From a virus (Duplodnaviria > Heunggongvirae > Uroviricota > Caudoviricetes), in IMG/VR virus record IMGVR_UViG_3300031957_002393, positions 20,373 through 84,372 of that record: 64,000 nt of DNA; one strand, given 5' to 3'. The notes below the pieces were generated by a model. It did not search any database, was not told where the DNA came from, and was given only the letters and a program-made list of their open reading frames with translations. This document shows positions 18,041 to 27,508 of this stretch, piece by piece. A program made the translations under genes and the position numbers. Position 1 is the first letter of the stretch. The number at the start of each line of letters is the position of its first letter.

Positions 18041-18565
18041 ATGCCAAAGCGCAAAATTCTGCCCCGTGTTACGTGGCTGCAAGTCACTGGAGACCTGTCA
18101 CCCGAGGACTACGGTGGAATCTTCGCAAGGGGTAGCCTCTCCAGTTACAGCCGCGACTACGATACCGTGGAGATTCTGCGGATCGAACGCAAAACCGATC
18201 TCGTCGGCGCCGATGCCTTGACAGACGACGATCCCGATGCATACTGGACAAGCGAAGCGGAGATCGATCGCAAGGATCTTGCATCCTTGTGGGAAGGTCC
18301 GAAAGGACAAGCTGTGCGGGATCAGTTTGATCCCGCAATGACCTACCCCGACCCTCGCAAGTGCAGTCTGTTCGATCTGGCGTGCCTTGCGTCAGAGCTT
18401 GCACAGTACGGCTACCTCGGGTGGGATGAAACCTCAGACATTTCGGGGCACGAGATTAGCAAGCGTTACCGCTTGCGCGACTACAACGGTCGATCGATCC
18501 GTCGAGCATTCAAGGTCGGACAGAGGGAACATGATCGTGAGGTTGCCGATCACAATCGGCGATGA
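18041..18565 (+). CDS. hypothetical protein (174 aa)
   Basis: ATG 18041 with SD GAGGAGA 7 nt upstream. Confidence 0.45.
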   Translation: MPKRKILPRVTWLQVTGDLSPEDYGGIFARGSLSSYSRDYDTVEILRIERKTDLVGADALTDDDPDAYWTSEAEIDRKDLASLWEGPKGQAVRDQFDPAMTYPDPRKCSLFDLACLASELAQYGYLGWDETSDISGHEISKRYRLRDYNGRSIRRAFKVGQREHDREVADHNRR

Positions 18566-18691
18566 TAGCATAGATCCATGATTCATCATGGATCGTAATG
18601 GTAATCCGCTGGCCCATTGTTGGGTTGCGTTGACGGGCCACCGGGTTACCTTTACGATCAATGAAGATCGTTTCATCGGGAGATACAAGTA

Positions 18692-18961
18692 ATGCCTGTG
18701 GTCAATGATCATCGGCCCGAAGATCGCAAGGGTGATCGATGGGCAGTAGTGGGCACAGATTCTTTCATGTCCGGTACCAGTTTCGCACGGGGCGGGGCCA
18801 GCTATGCGGCCTGGAGTGTGCGGGATCGTGCGGAGCTGGCCATCGCAGAAGCATACGTGAGAGCAAGATCGGACATGCGGCGCGCCCGGATCGTGGATCT
18901 CCACGATTACCGGCCTAAGTGCAAACAGTTTTCGATCTATGCTTACACAGAGCAGAGCTGA
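18692..18961 (+). CDS. hypothetical protein (89 aa)
   Basis: ATG with upstream SD-like GGGAGA. Confidence 0.4.
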   Translation: MPVVNDHRPEDRKGDRWAVVGTDSFMSGTSFARGGASYAAWSVRDRAELAIAEAYVRARSDMRRARIVDLHDYRPKCKQFSIYAYTEQS

Positions 18962-19051
18962 TCCGGTGTTCACGCTTGCATCATAGCGATCGCCTTGCTA
19001 TGGTGCTGGCGTAAGCAACGGAACAAACAACAGGCAGAGGAGATACAAACA

Positions 19052-19525
19052 ATGCGAACAACAGAAGCACGCTACACGATCGGGCAACGCTACTCGCGCA
19101 ACGCTACAGGCAACGGCTACAGGCCCGCTACCTACGGGGAATGGCACGCCGTGACACTGCGATACAAGCGCAACGAGATCACGATCCTTGTGGATCGATC
19201 CATGGTCGATCGTATGATCGTCCGGCGGGTCATCGGCTCGGCTGTGTTCTGTCTCGCCGATACAAACCCTCGTTACGGCACGGCTTCCTTTATCGTGCTC
19301 GATATGGAAACCGAGATCCGGCATGGATCCACGGTTGACATCGGGGACGGGGAAGCATACGATCTGACGGGTACCACGGGTGATCTTTTCTTTCAGGGAG
19401 AAGAGTGGACCGCGTTTCTACACCCTGATATGGATCCGTGCGCTGACAACACCCCAGATCCTTTCGACCTTGACGATCTCACAGTGATCCGACGCGTGAT
19501 CGACTATTGGGGAGAAGTGTGTTAG
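19052..19525 (+). CDS. hypothetical protein (157 aa)
   Basis: ATG 19052 with SD GAGGAGA; leader GTAAGCAACGGAACAAACAACAGG. Confidence 0.45.
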   Translation: MRTTEARYTIGQRYSRNATGNGYRPATYGEWHAVTLRYKRNEITILVDRSMVDRMIVRRVIGSAVFCLADTNPRYGTASFIVLDMETEIRHGSTVDIGDGEAYDLTGTTGDLFFQGEEWTAFLHPDMDPCADNTPDPFDLDDLTVIRRVIDYWGEVC

Positions 19526-19679
19526 ACGGTTGACATTGCAGCGCTGTAGCGATAGCCCCGTCGACTCGGGGGCTACATAGGCCACAAGATCCGGTGCCTA
19601 CCTTTGGGTATCGTCCACCTGGACGGTACCGTTAGGTAACCATCGGGCCGCATAGGCTCACACTCTGGAGATACAAGCA

Positions 19680-20069
19680 ATGCCATACTATAACGAATAC
19701 CCGCACGATCACGCGCACCGTCGATCGATCCCCACGATCCATATCGGACAGTATCAGACCGGCGCGTGCCCTGTCTGCGGTGAAGATACCGATGACAGCC
19801 GCGATACGTGCACCCATTGTGACGAGGAGATCGATCGCTTGATTGATCCTGTTACCGTGTGGGGCGCCCGGTGCATGATTCCGGGATGCTTGCCGGAAAG
19901 TGATACGGTGTTCTTCGGGGATAGCGGATCTCCATTGTCCGCAATGCTGGAATACCTCCAGCTCTTCGATCTCCCGGGAGATCCGGTGTGCATTGAATCG
20001 CTTGCGGCTCTCACTGAAGCACGCTACGATAGCGATCACAAGGCTCTCACGGAATGGATCAAGGGCTAA
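19680..20069 (+). CDS. Cys-rich zinc-finger protein (129 aa)
   Basis: CPVCGEDTDDSRDTCTHCDEE; SD GGAGAT. Confidence 0.45.
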   Translation: MPYYNEYPHDHAHRRSIPTIHIGQYQTGACPVCGEDTDDSRDTCTHCDEEIDRLIDPVTVWGARCMIPGCLPESDTVFFGDSGSPLSAMLEYLQLFDLPGDPVCIESLAALTEARYDSDHKALTEWIKG

Positions 20070-20170
20070 CCCGGGGGTAATCTTTTCAGCGGAAATTGTT
20101 TGACACTACGATAGCCGCTGATTAGATCACCTTCGGAAAGCAAAGCAACCCAAACAAAGGAGATCGAACA

Positions 20171-20761
20171 ATGGTTGCAAACATCCACCGCCCACACTCT
20201 CACTACCTCGATTACAACCGCAAGCTGCCTGCGGATATCCGGGGCATGGTCGAAAGGATCCACGCTCTCACCGGTGACGCTTCTTTCGGGATCCGGCTAC
20301 ACGCTCCCGGCGGAGGTAAAGCCTACTACAGTATGGTCAAGGTTGACACGTCAACCCCCTGCGGCTACGCGGAAAGCGCACGGCGCCAGAGCTTCACCGG
20401 GCTGGGCCATCTTCGGATCGCTTTGTCAGGATACCTTGCCGCTTTGGAGGAAAAGCTCATGATCGCTACCGTCGTGTGCCTGCATTGGCAGGGGCGCAAC
20501 GATCGTGAAAGCCAGAGCACGGGTAAGATCATGGTCAACGGTCAACCGCTCTGCTACAAAGATGGCGCCCAGGTGCCTGCTCTTTACGACGGCTGCCATC
20601 ATCGCACGGATCACGGTGACGTTCGCCGCATCCTGACTGCGCGGGGCTACAGCGCTTTGATCGACATCGACGTGATCGCTATTCCGGTCGCACGAAAGGG
20701 CGATCTCTACGGTGACTCCGCTCCGCTATGGTCTATCATGGACAAGATCAACGGCGAATAA
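20171..20761 (+). CDS. hypothetical protein (196 aa)
   Basis: SD AAGGAGAT 7 nt upstream; contains an internal TTGACACGTCAA copy. Confidence 0.45.
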   Translation: MVANIHRPHSHYLDYNRKLPADIRGMVERIHALTGDASFGIRLHAPGGGKAYYSMVKVDTSTPCGYAESARRQSFTGLGHLRIALSGYLAALEEKLMIATVVCLHWQGRNDRESQSTGKIMVNGQPLCYKDGAQVPALYDGCHHRTDHGDVRRILTARGYSALIDIDVIAIPVARKGDLYGDSAPLWSIMDKINGE

Positions 20762-21017
20762 ACAACGATCTTTCCCTTGCATCATAGGTCGACATCGATT
20801 AAGGTGTGAGGGAGAGAAAGAAAACAAGGCTCTATCCGAGAGCCGCATAGCATACACGAGCACGGGGATCGGCGTTGATCTCCACCTTCGGACGGGATCG
20901 ACGGTCCATCATGGATCTCTCTCGCTCGGGACACTAACCATTGTGCGCCAGATACCTCGTGTTACGTGTGTGCTATCCGATTCTCGGCAAAGTCAAAGGA
21001 CTATATAGGAGTGAAAC

Positions 21018-21428
21018 GTGTACCTGTTCATCATCAGGGGCTTGCCCGGTAGCGGTAAGACCACGCTCGCAAACACGATCAACCCTTACGGGTTGTGCGT
21101 CGCTGCGGACGATTACATGGTTAACGCTAACGGCAGCTACGCTTTCGATCCGAAGCGGCTAAGCGAGTGCCACCGCGCGTGCCTGGACGCCGTGATCCGT
21201 GACATGATCGACGGTGATACCACGACGCCGATCGCCGTGCACAATACCTTCTCGCGCCCGTGGGAATGGCGAGACTACATCGACGCTGCGGTGGAGCACG
21301 GTTACACGCCCATTGTGATCGACCTTTACGATCGGGGCATGTCCGATCGTGAGCTGGCCGAAAGCACGGTGCACGGTGTGCCCGTGGAGACCATCGCCTC
21401 CATGCGCAGCCGTTGGTACAGGGGATAG
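21018..21428 (+). CDS. P-loop NTPase / small kinase (AAA_33 / polynucleotide-kinase-like)
   Basis: GTG start after SD AGGAG; N-terminal Walker A FIIRGLPGSGKTTLA. Confidence 0.5.
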   Translation: MYLFIIRGLPGSGKTTLANTINPYGLCVAADDYMVNANGSYAFDPKRLSECHRACLDAVIRDMIDGDTTTPIAVHNTFSRPWEWRDYIDAAVEHGYTPIVIDLYDRGMSDRELAESTVHGVPVETIASMRSRWYRG

Positions 21429-21532
21429 CTTTCCGGTTGCTACCTTTCGGGTAAAAGGTTATTGACAGATAGCAAGTTACCCGATAAGTAACCATCGGAC
21501 AGTGAACACACTGTAACATAGGAGCAAAAGCA

Positions 21533-22243
21533 ATGGAAACGATCAAGGTCGCAAGCCGTGAGATCAACGGTACCACGTTCACTCTCCAGGCAACGGTGGT
21601 CCCTGATCACGAGCCGGTTACCTACCCCGTCTCTGACCTGATTCTACAGGGAGACACGGTGGTGATCCGCTCCGGATACCGTGCGTATGAACAGGACGTA
21701 GTCCACGAATACATGATCACCGATACGGGCCCCGATCTCTGCACCGATCTGCGAATCGACGGCGCCTATCAGGTGGAGCGACCGTCACACGTTGACGGAT
21801 CGTGGTTCAAGGCGAGCGCACGGATCCGGCAAGGCGCCAGCTTCGACGGCTCAGAGCTGATCGTGTGGCGCAAGCTCACTGACTTCTATGTCAGTGACGA
21901 TCACCCGCTCGACAAGGCGATCGCAAACTGGCGAGAGCACGTTACCGACATCGCAAGTGGTAATCTGTCCCCTTGGGAGGTCATCGTGGAGCTACACGTC
22001 ACTCACCCTGACGGCTCCGAAGAGACGCGCGAGATCGATCGAATGGGATCGGGGTGGTGGGAAAGCGGTACGTCCATGGTAGACATTGCAGTCGGTTCGG
22101 GCGCCATCGCTACCCCGGACAGTGACACGGCGCACAAGGGTCTCAACCGCGAGATCAAGGAATGGATCGATTACAAGCGAGCCCGCATGAACGCTGCTAT
22201 GACATCATGGGCAGACGCCGATCGGATCCGGGCCGCTTTGTGA
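21533..22243 (+). CDS. hypothetical protein (236 aa)
   Basis: SD TAGGAG 7 nt upstream. Confidence 0.45.
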   Translation: METIKVASREINGTTFTLQATVVPDHEPVTYPVSDLILQGDTVVIRSGYRAYEQDVVHEYMITDTGPDLCTDLRIDGAYQVERPSHVDGSWFKASARIRQGASFDGSELIVWRKLTDFYVSDDHPLDKAIANWREHVTDIASGNLSPWEVIVELHVTHPDGSEETREIDRMGSGWWESGTSMVDIAVGSGAIATPDSDTAHKGLNREIKEWIDYKRARMNAAMTSWADADRIRAAL

Positions 22244-22333
22244 ATCGTGTGTTCACACTGGCATAGTGACGATCACTTTGTTACTATGCCTCTGTAAGCA
22301 AACGGTGCAACAAAGGTACCATAGGAGCGAGCA

Positions 22334-22939
22334 ATGGAACGAAAAGAATTCACGCCGGCGGAAGCCTACGATCTCGTCAAGGGGTTTGCGTTGCGCAGTC
22401 CCTACAGCAAGTGGGCGCTACCCGCGATGACACCCGAAGCAAGGGCGAACCTTGCAGCGGTCTGCGGATACCTTCTCGGGTCCGACAAGGACAACGCCAT
22501 GATCACCGCGTCGCGCCTTGTGGAGAAGATGGAATACTTGCGTACCTACGGGGGCGAACGAAACGTCGAAATGATCGATATGGATCGACATTGCCAGGAG
22601 GAGATCGACGACGCACCGCGCTACCGTGTCGACGTGCCCAGCTTCCGTGTGCTTGTGAGCTGTGCTGGTGAGATCGGATCCTTCGGTGTCCGATGGTTCC
22701 GACACGAGCCTGACGAGTCCGCACTACCTCGGCGGTGGGCGGCTCCTGACACGTACCCGGTCGACGTGTGGGATTCTCTGCCCCGCGATACCCGTGGGCC
22801 TGCGATCCTTCGGACCGTGCGCAGAGAAGACGGCACCTATGCTCGACTCTACCCTACTTACCGTGAGTGTATGTCGGGCATGATGGTGGCGCGAGGGCTG
22901 CTCACTGAGCCCACGGCGGAATGGTCGATTCACACCTGA
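22334..22939 (+). CDS. hypothetical protein (201 aa)
   Basis: SD TAGGAG; leader GTAAGCAAACGGTGCAACAAAGG. Confidence 0.45.
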   Translation: MERKEFTPAEAYDLVKGFALRSPYSKWALPAMTPEARANLAAVCGYLLGSDKDNAMITASRLVEKMEYLRTYGGERNVEMIDMDRHCQEEIDDAPRYRVDVPSFRVLVSCAGEIGSFGVRWFRHEPDESALPRRWAAPDTYPVDVWDSLPRDTRGPAILRTVRREDGTYARLYPTYRECMSGMMVARGLLTEPTAEWSIHT

Positions 22940-23020
22940 AAGTATGTTGCTTTCCTTTACCGTCCGGTTATATTATCGGGCGGGTAAGCAAGGTAACAAA
23001 CAATAACACAGGAGGAAACG

Positions 23021-23530
23021 ATGGAAAAGTTTATGGTGATCGCTCTACAGGAAACGGGCCCGTTCCTTTCGGGTTTCGACGGCCACGTCACTATGCGCAC
23101 GCTGTACGCTACGCAAGGGATCGATGACTGTTTCAGGTACTGTAGCCCGCAGATCCTTATCGACCTGACGCCGATCCGGTGTGAGATCGTGGGAGCGGAA
23201 GGTATAGAAGAGGTACACACGATCTTCCCTGGAGACTCCGAAGAGGAGCAACGGGAAGCAATGTTCGAGGAGGAATTGGCATGCCTTACTACTCAGGGCG
23301 ATAGCGCCGTGGTCCCTTTCGATACCATCGTGGACCATTACAAGCTGGCACGGGTAGCGGAAGCAAACGGACGAAACGGTGCATGGACGATCGATGACAT
23401 GGCTCAGTGTATGCGCGTGCCTCACGAGGTGATCGAATTGGATCCCGATGACTCTTCGGAGATCGCAGAGGGTAAACCGTGGTACGATACAGTAATGGAA
23501 TTGGAGGCGGAAGGGGCGATCGCTCTGTAA
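23021..23530 (+). CDS. hypothetical acidic protein (169 aa)
   Basis: SD AGGAGGA; leader GTAAGCAAGGTAACAAACAATAACAC. Confidence 0.45.
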   Translation: MEKFMVIALQETGPFLSGFDGHVTMRTLYATQGIDDCFRYCSPQILIDLTPIRCEIVGAEGIEEVHTIFPGDSEEEQREAMFEEELACLTTQGDSAVVPFDTIVDHYKLARVAEANGRNGAWTIDDMAQCMRVPHEVIELDPDDSSEIAEGKPWYDTVMELEAEGAIAL

Positions 23531-23616
23531 TCGAAGGTTCACACTTGCACCTTAGCGATCCGATTGTTAAGGTGTATGCGTGAGCAATCGACTACACAAA
23601 GGAATAAGGGGAAACG

Positions 23617-23889
23617 ATGGCTTTGACCTTTGACGAATACCTCACTTCGGTTAAGCCCGAAGTAGCGGAAGCTGTGCGAAAGCACTTCAACCCGGCAGAC
23701 TGGACGCTCACTTTCGATCAAGCCGATGACGAATACAGAGGATCCAACGATCCCGCATGGCCCGCATACTGTTACGTGTGGCGTGATAGTGCCGTGCGCT
23801 TCACTGTCAACGGGTTTGGTCCGTCAAGCGCCTTCGCTGCTATGCACGGGCTACCTTTCCCTCTCTCCGACGCTGAGCTGAACACTTAA
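23617..23889 (+). CDS. hypothetical protein (90 aa)
   Basis: SD AAGGGGA. Confidence 0.4.
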   Translation: MALTFDEYLTSVKPEVAEAVRKHFNPADWTLTFDQADDEYRGSNDPAWPAYCYVWRDSAVRFTVNGFGPSSAFAAMHGLPFPLSDAELNT

Positions 23890-23893
23890 ACCT

Positions 23894-24196
23894 TTGGAGA
23901 TCGTCGTGGAAAAAATGATCGCCATTCAAGCAACGGTTACCCGTACCAATGTCCAGGGCTGGTCGAGTAGCGTACAGATCCCCACGTTCTATGTTGACAT
24001 GGGCGATGTATACGCGGTCCAGTTACAACGCGGTTACTCCGAAGCCACGGCAGAGCAGATCGCAACCGACGCGGCGGCCATGCGGGCCGTCGGGATTCTC
24101 GACCCTCACAACGATGCGGATTGCGTTAGCGTTGACGCGCTCTCACCTGAGCCTCACCGCTGCTACAGTAGCTACACAACAGACAAGCGGAGCTAA
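23894..24196 (+). CDS. hypothetical protein (~95-100 aa; start 23894/23906/23915 uncertain)
   Basis: ORF with SD GGAGAT at 23896. Confidence 0.35.
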   Translation: MEIVVEKMIAIQATVTRTNVQGWSSSVQIPTFYVDMGDVYAVQLQRGYSEATAEQIATDAAAMRAVGILDPHNDADCVSVDALSPEPHRCYSSYTTDKRS

Positions 24197-24198
24197 TC

Positions 24199-24459
24199 AT
24201 GTCACTCACTTGGAACGCAAAGGATCGCACGTTGGGTGGTCACACTCACGCTGACCTTGACGATCAGGGATACGTGAGGCTATACTCTATCGAGCACTGC
24301 GAACACTGCGGCTGTGAGTGTATGGCACCCAATCCGATCAAGTGCTTCACGGGACCGCAGATCCTCGCGCTTGCGATCGGCATGGTCAATCGCCGAGCCC
24401 CGGCTTCCGAGCTGTACGCCAATGAAGACGGCGAGGCGGTGTGCGACAAGTGCTATTAG
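24199..24459 (+). CDS. Cys-rich protein (86 aa)
   Basis: HCEHCGCEC...CDKC. Confidence 0.4.
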   Translation: MSLTWNAKDRTLGGHTHADLDDQGYVRLYSIEHCEHCGCECMAPNPIKCFTGPQILALAIGMVNRRAPASELYANEDGEAVCDKCY

Positions 24460-24517
24460 GATCCGGTTGACGATTCCTAATCCAACGGTTACGATGATTC
24501 CACGGGAGTAAACTACA

Positions 24518-24862
24518 ATGGAAAACAAAGTCTACACGAGCGCAGAGATCCTTGCGATGGACGTTACCGCGCTGGCCGACATACTGTGCGAGTCCGATCA
24601 CTTCCTGTACCGCTTGACGGAAGGCGAGGCGGGATGGTTCGGGTTTGTTGACGGGCGCTATGCGATCGCCGACGCCATCTACTATGCACGGGTCGACATG
24701 GATCCGATCGAAGAGGGAACCGTCATTGACGTGGGAGGGTGCGGCGGCTACGCTGCTATCCGACAAGCGCTTACCGACGACGGAACCGACCGCGCTACCA
24801 TGCTCTCCGACGACACTGCTCTACAGCGGATCGTGTGGATCATCGGACCCGAAGAGGAGTAG
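24518..24862 (+). CDS. hypothetical protein (114 aa)
   Basis: SD GGGAGTA. Confidence 0.4.
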   Translation: MENKVYTSAEILAMDVTALADILCESDHFLYRLTEGEAGWFGFVDGRYAIADAIYYARVDMDPIEEGTVIDVGGCGGYAAIRQALTDDGTDRATMLSDDTALQRIVWIIGPEEE

Positions 24863-25101
24863 GGCGGGTCACTGCCTACGGGGTCACCTCCTGACACACC
24901 GCTGCAAGTGAAAGTCAGTTCCAAGTAGCAGCAGGGACCACGCGCCCAAAGGAACCCAACATGCCAGAAGTAGAAAAGGTCCTCGTGCGCTCTGGTGACG
25001 TTGACGTGTGAACACCGATGACTCGTGGCGTTCGGGGGCGTTATCCCCCAGTCGACTCGCCAAAAGGCGACAACACAAAAGCAATACCAGAGGAAAGCAA
25101 C

Positions 25102-25362
25102 ATGAGTAACAACACCACCATCATTCGTGAGCGATGGGACAACAGGATCGACGAATACGTGCCTTACATCTGGACGGAAGGTGACACAGTGTGTATGGAT
25201 CCGGGGTCCGATTGGGCGTCGGGTACGCTCGAACACAACGGGTTCAAGTGGAATAAGGAAGGCACCTACATGGTCAAAGAAGAAGACGAAAACTACACCG
25301 CTCGTCAGATTGCGATCATTGTCGCTAATGGTGGAGCTGGTAGCACGAGGAGTGCATCGTGA
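25102..25362 (+). CDS. hypothetical protein (86 aa)
   Basis: ATG 25102 after AGAGGAAAG. Confidence 0.4.
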   Translation: MSNNTTIIRERWDNRIDEYVPYIWTEGDTVCMDPGSDWASGTLEHNGFKWNKEGTYMVKEEDENYTARQIAIIVANGGAGSTRSAS

Positions 25363-25934
25363 GCAACAACGAAACCAACCCCGATCGACTGTGCATCGGC
25401 CCGTATGTCAACATGCACGGCCAGGAGCGACGGCCCGTGTGCCTTGGGGACTACGTGTCCGGTGATCGTGCAGGCGATACTTTCCGAAACAAGCGAGGCA
25501 GGGTGATCGGCTTCACCGACTGCGACGATGGTAGCTGCCTTGCGGTAGTACAGATCGAAGGCGAGCAGAACAGACTGTTCACCCGCTACGATCTCCGGCT
25601 ACTGTGCGAAGAAGCGCACCCGTGCATCGGTGAGAGCCTACACGATCCAGCTGCACCTGCAATGTGTAACCTACCTGACGCTTACATCTTCGCTGTCCAC
25701 GGGACACTGTCCGGCGAAGAGGTAGACCAGGAAGCAGACTACCGAGTGCAGGAACAGGTGTTCAATGGATCGCGCTCGGGATGGATCGTGTGGCAGTATA
25801 CTGTGCCCGGGGGTGACTCTGCGCTCGTAGGGTGCGGTCGCCCGACAAGCGACGACAAAGAACTGAATTACCCGCGTGACTTTGTTGGATCCGACGCACT
25901 ACAGATTATGCGGTGGGCGGGCATGAACGTTTGA
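25359..25934 (+). CDS. hypothetical protein (191 aa)
   Basis: ATGA overlap with previous gene. Confidence 0.4.
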   Translation: MSNNETNPDRLCIGPYVNMHGQERRPVCLGDYVSGDRAGDTFRNKRGRVIGFTDCDDGSCLAVVQIEGEQNRLFTRYDLRLLCEEAHPCIGESLHDPAAPAMCNLPDAYIFAVHGTLSGEEVDQEADYRVQEQVFNGSRSGWIVWQYTVPGGDSALVGCGRPTSDDKELNYPRDFVGSDALQIMRWAGMNV

Positions 25935-26091
25935 GCCTTTGCGTATTCCGTTTGGTGTCCGAGGAATCAGGCTTTAAACTACACGAGCCGATGCCTCATG
26001 GTTCCTCGGGTGCCTCACCGAAAGCACAACGGTAACCACTGGACAACAACGATCACCGCTGTTATAGTGACAGTGAACAAAAGAGAGTAGA

Positions 26092-26298
26092 ATGGAAACC
26101 ATCGTTACCTTCGTCAACATCCTCGCCTGGATCACTTTCGCAGTGACTACGATCTGCACGCTGGGGGGGCTTTACGAAGTGGCATTCCAGTCCCCGTTTG
26201 ATCGAGCACTGTTCGGTCGACGCACCCTGATGTATCGGTGGCCCATTGCGGCTACGATTTCCGGTGCGTGGCTACTGGCACAGTACATCAACACCTGA
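26092..26298 (+). CDS. small membrane protein (68 aa, 2 TM)
   Basis: Hydrophobic helices ILAWITFAVTTICTLGGL and WPIAATISGAWLLAQ. Confidence 0.4.
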   Translation: METIVTFVNILAWITFAVTTICTLGGLYEVAFQSPFDRALFGRRTLMYRWPIAATISGAWLLAQYINT

Positions 26299-26350
26299 TA
26301 CCACACGATCCACACGAGCAACAAAGCCCACAACAACAAAGGAACCGACA

Positions 26351-26632
26351 ATGCCTAAGCGTCAACCCTTCGTCACCCTCTCCACGCTCGCCGGTCATCG
26401 TGTGATGGCACAGCACAAAGGTACGGTGCGACTCCGAAACGACAACAACGGTCGAGAGTGTGTGGTCAACGTGAGCCGCAATGGTCATCGGGTGCAGAGC
26501 TGTACCTTCGACAGCCCCAACACCGGTGGTCAGTGGCACAGCGCGGCGACCCCGAGCGGCATCGACTACGTTGCTTCGTGGGTCTCTCCCTCTACTGCAC
26601 GTCGACGTTTCAAGTGTGAGACGGGGGTGTAG
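26351..26632 (+). CDS. hypothetical protein (93 aa)
   Basis: ATG 26351 after AAAGGAAC. Confidence 0.4.
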   Translation: MPKRQPFVTLSTLAGHRVMAQHKGTVRLRNDNNGRECVVNVSRNGHRVQSCTFDSPNTGGQWHSAATPSGIDYVASWVSPSTARRRFKCETGV

Positions 26633-26697
26633 GTGAGGCCGTGTGACAACGATCCCTCGTGATTGCACGAGGGTAACAACGGTAACAGGAGAGTAAC

Positions 26698-27213
26698 ATG
26701 TCTGACGGATTCAACCTCATCGGCGCCTATGTTCGCATGAACGGCGACGATGAACACTGGCGTATCATTCGACTGCTTGACACACCTGACGGGCAACGTC
26801 CGCTATGCGTCAACATGACCACGGGCGCGATGATGGACATTGGGTGGCAATATCTTGCCCTCGTGAATATCAGCGCTGTGGAGTCGATGGGTGTGAATGC
26901 CGACGATTCCACAATCACTGGCCTCACAGTCGACTCGGGGTCGATGGCTGACAACGCCACTCCCACGAGCCCAGGTCCAGCAGTTCCAAGTGTTGACACG
27001 TCAACAGGCGAGGCAGGGAACACAGCGCCCGGTCCGAGTCGCAACGAGCTGTTGGAGCTACTGATCGATCTCACCGATGCGTGGGCCTATTCTACACCTG
27101 AACAATTCGACGAGGTGTTTAAACATCAAATGTCAGAGCTGATCGAGAAGCACCCGAGCGCATACGCTTCCATTGTCGAATCGCTACGATTCTACATGGA
27201 TAAAGAAGCGTGA
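26698..27213 (+). CDS. hypothetical protein (171 aa)
   Basis: SD AGGAGAG; contains internal GTTGACACGTCAAC copy. Confidence 0.4.
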   Translation: MSDGFNLIGAYVRMNGDDEHWRIIRLLDTPDGQRPLCVNMTTGAMMDIGWQYLALVNISAVESMGVNADDSTITGLTVDSGSMADNATPTSPGPAVPSVDTSTGEAGNTAPGPSRNELLELLIDLTDAWAYSTPEQFDEVFKHQMSELIEKHPSAYASIVESLRFYMDKEA

Positions 27214-27508
27214 CAGCTCTCGGTATCAGTCGACGGGACGTAGAGTCGTTGCGGCTACAAGGGACCTTGTCGAATGGTACGAGGGTTGCAACAGGACGAC
27301 AAGTCTACATGATCGACAATCCGATGGTACACGGAATGTACATCGGTGTCACGCCTGACGGCTACGTCACCATCCTACACGACAACAAGAGTCAATGGGA
27401 AAAAAGTAGTCGACGGGATGAATTCAACCGCCTATGTAGGAAAGTGTACGGTGAGCGGTGGCGTACACGAGTCTACAAGAACAACACAGATGGAAAAAGG
27501 AACACACG

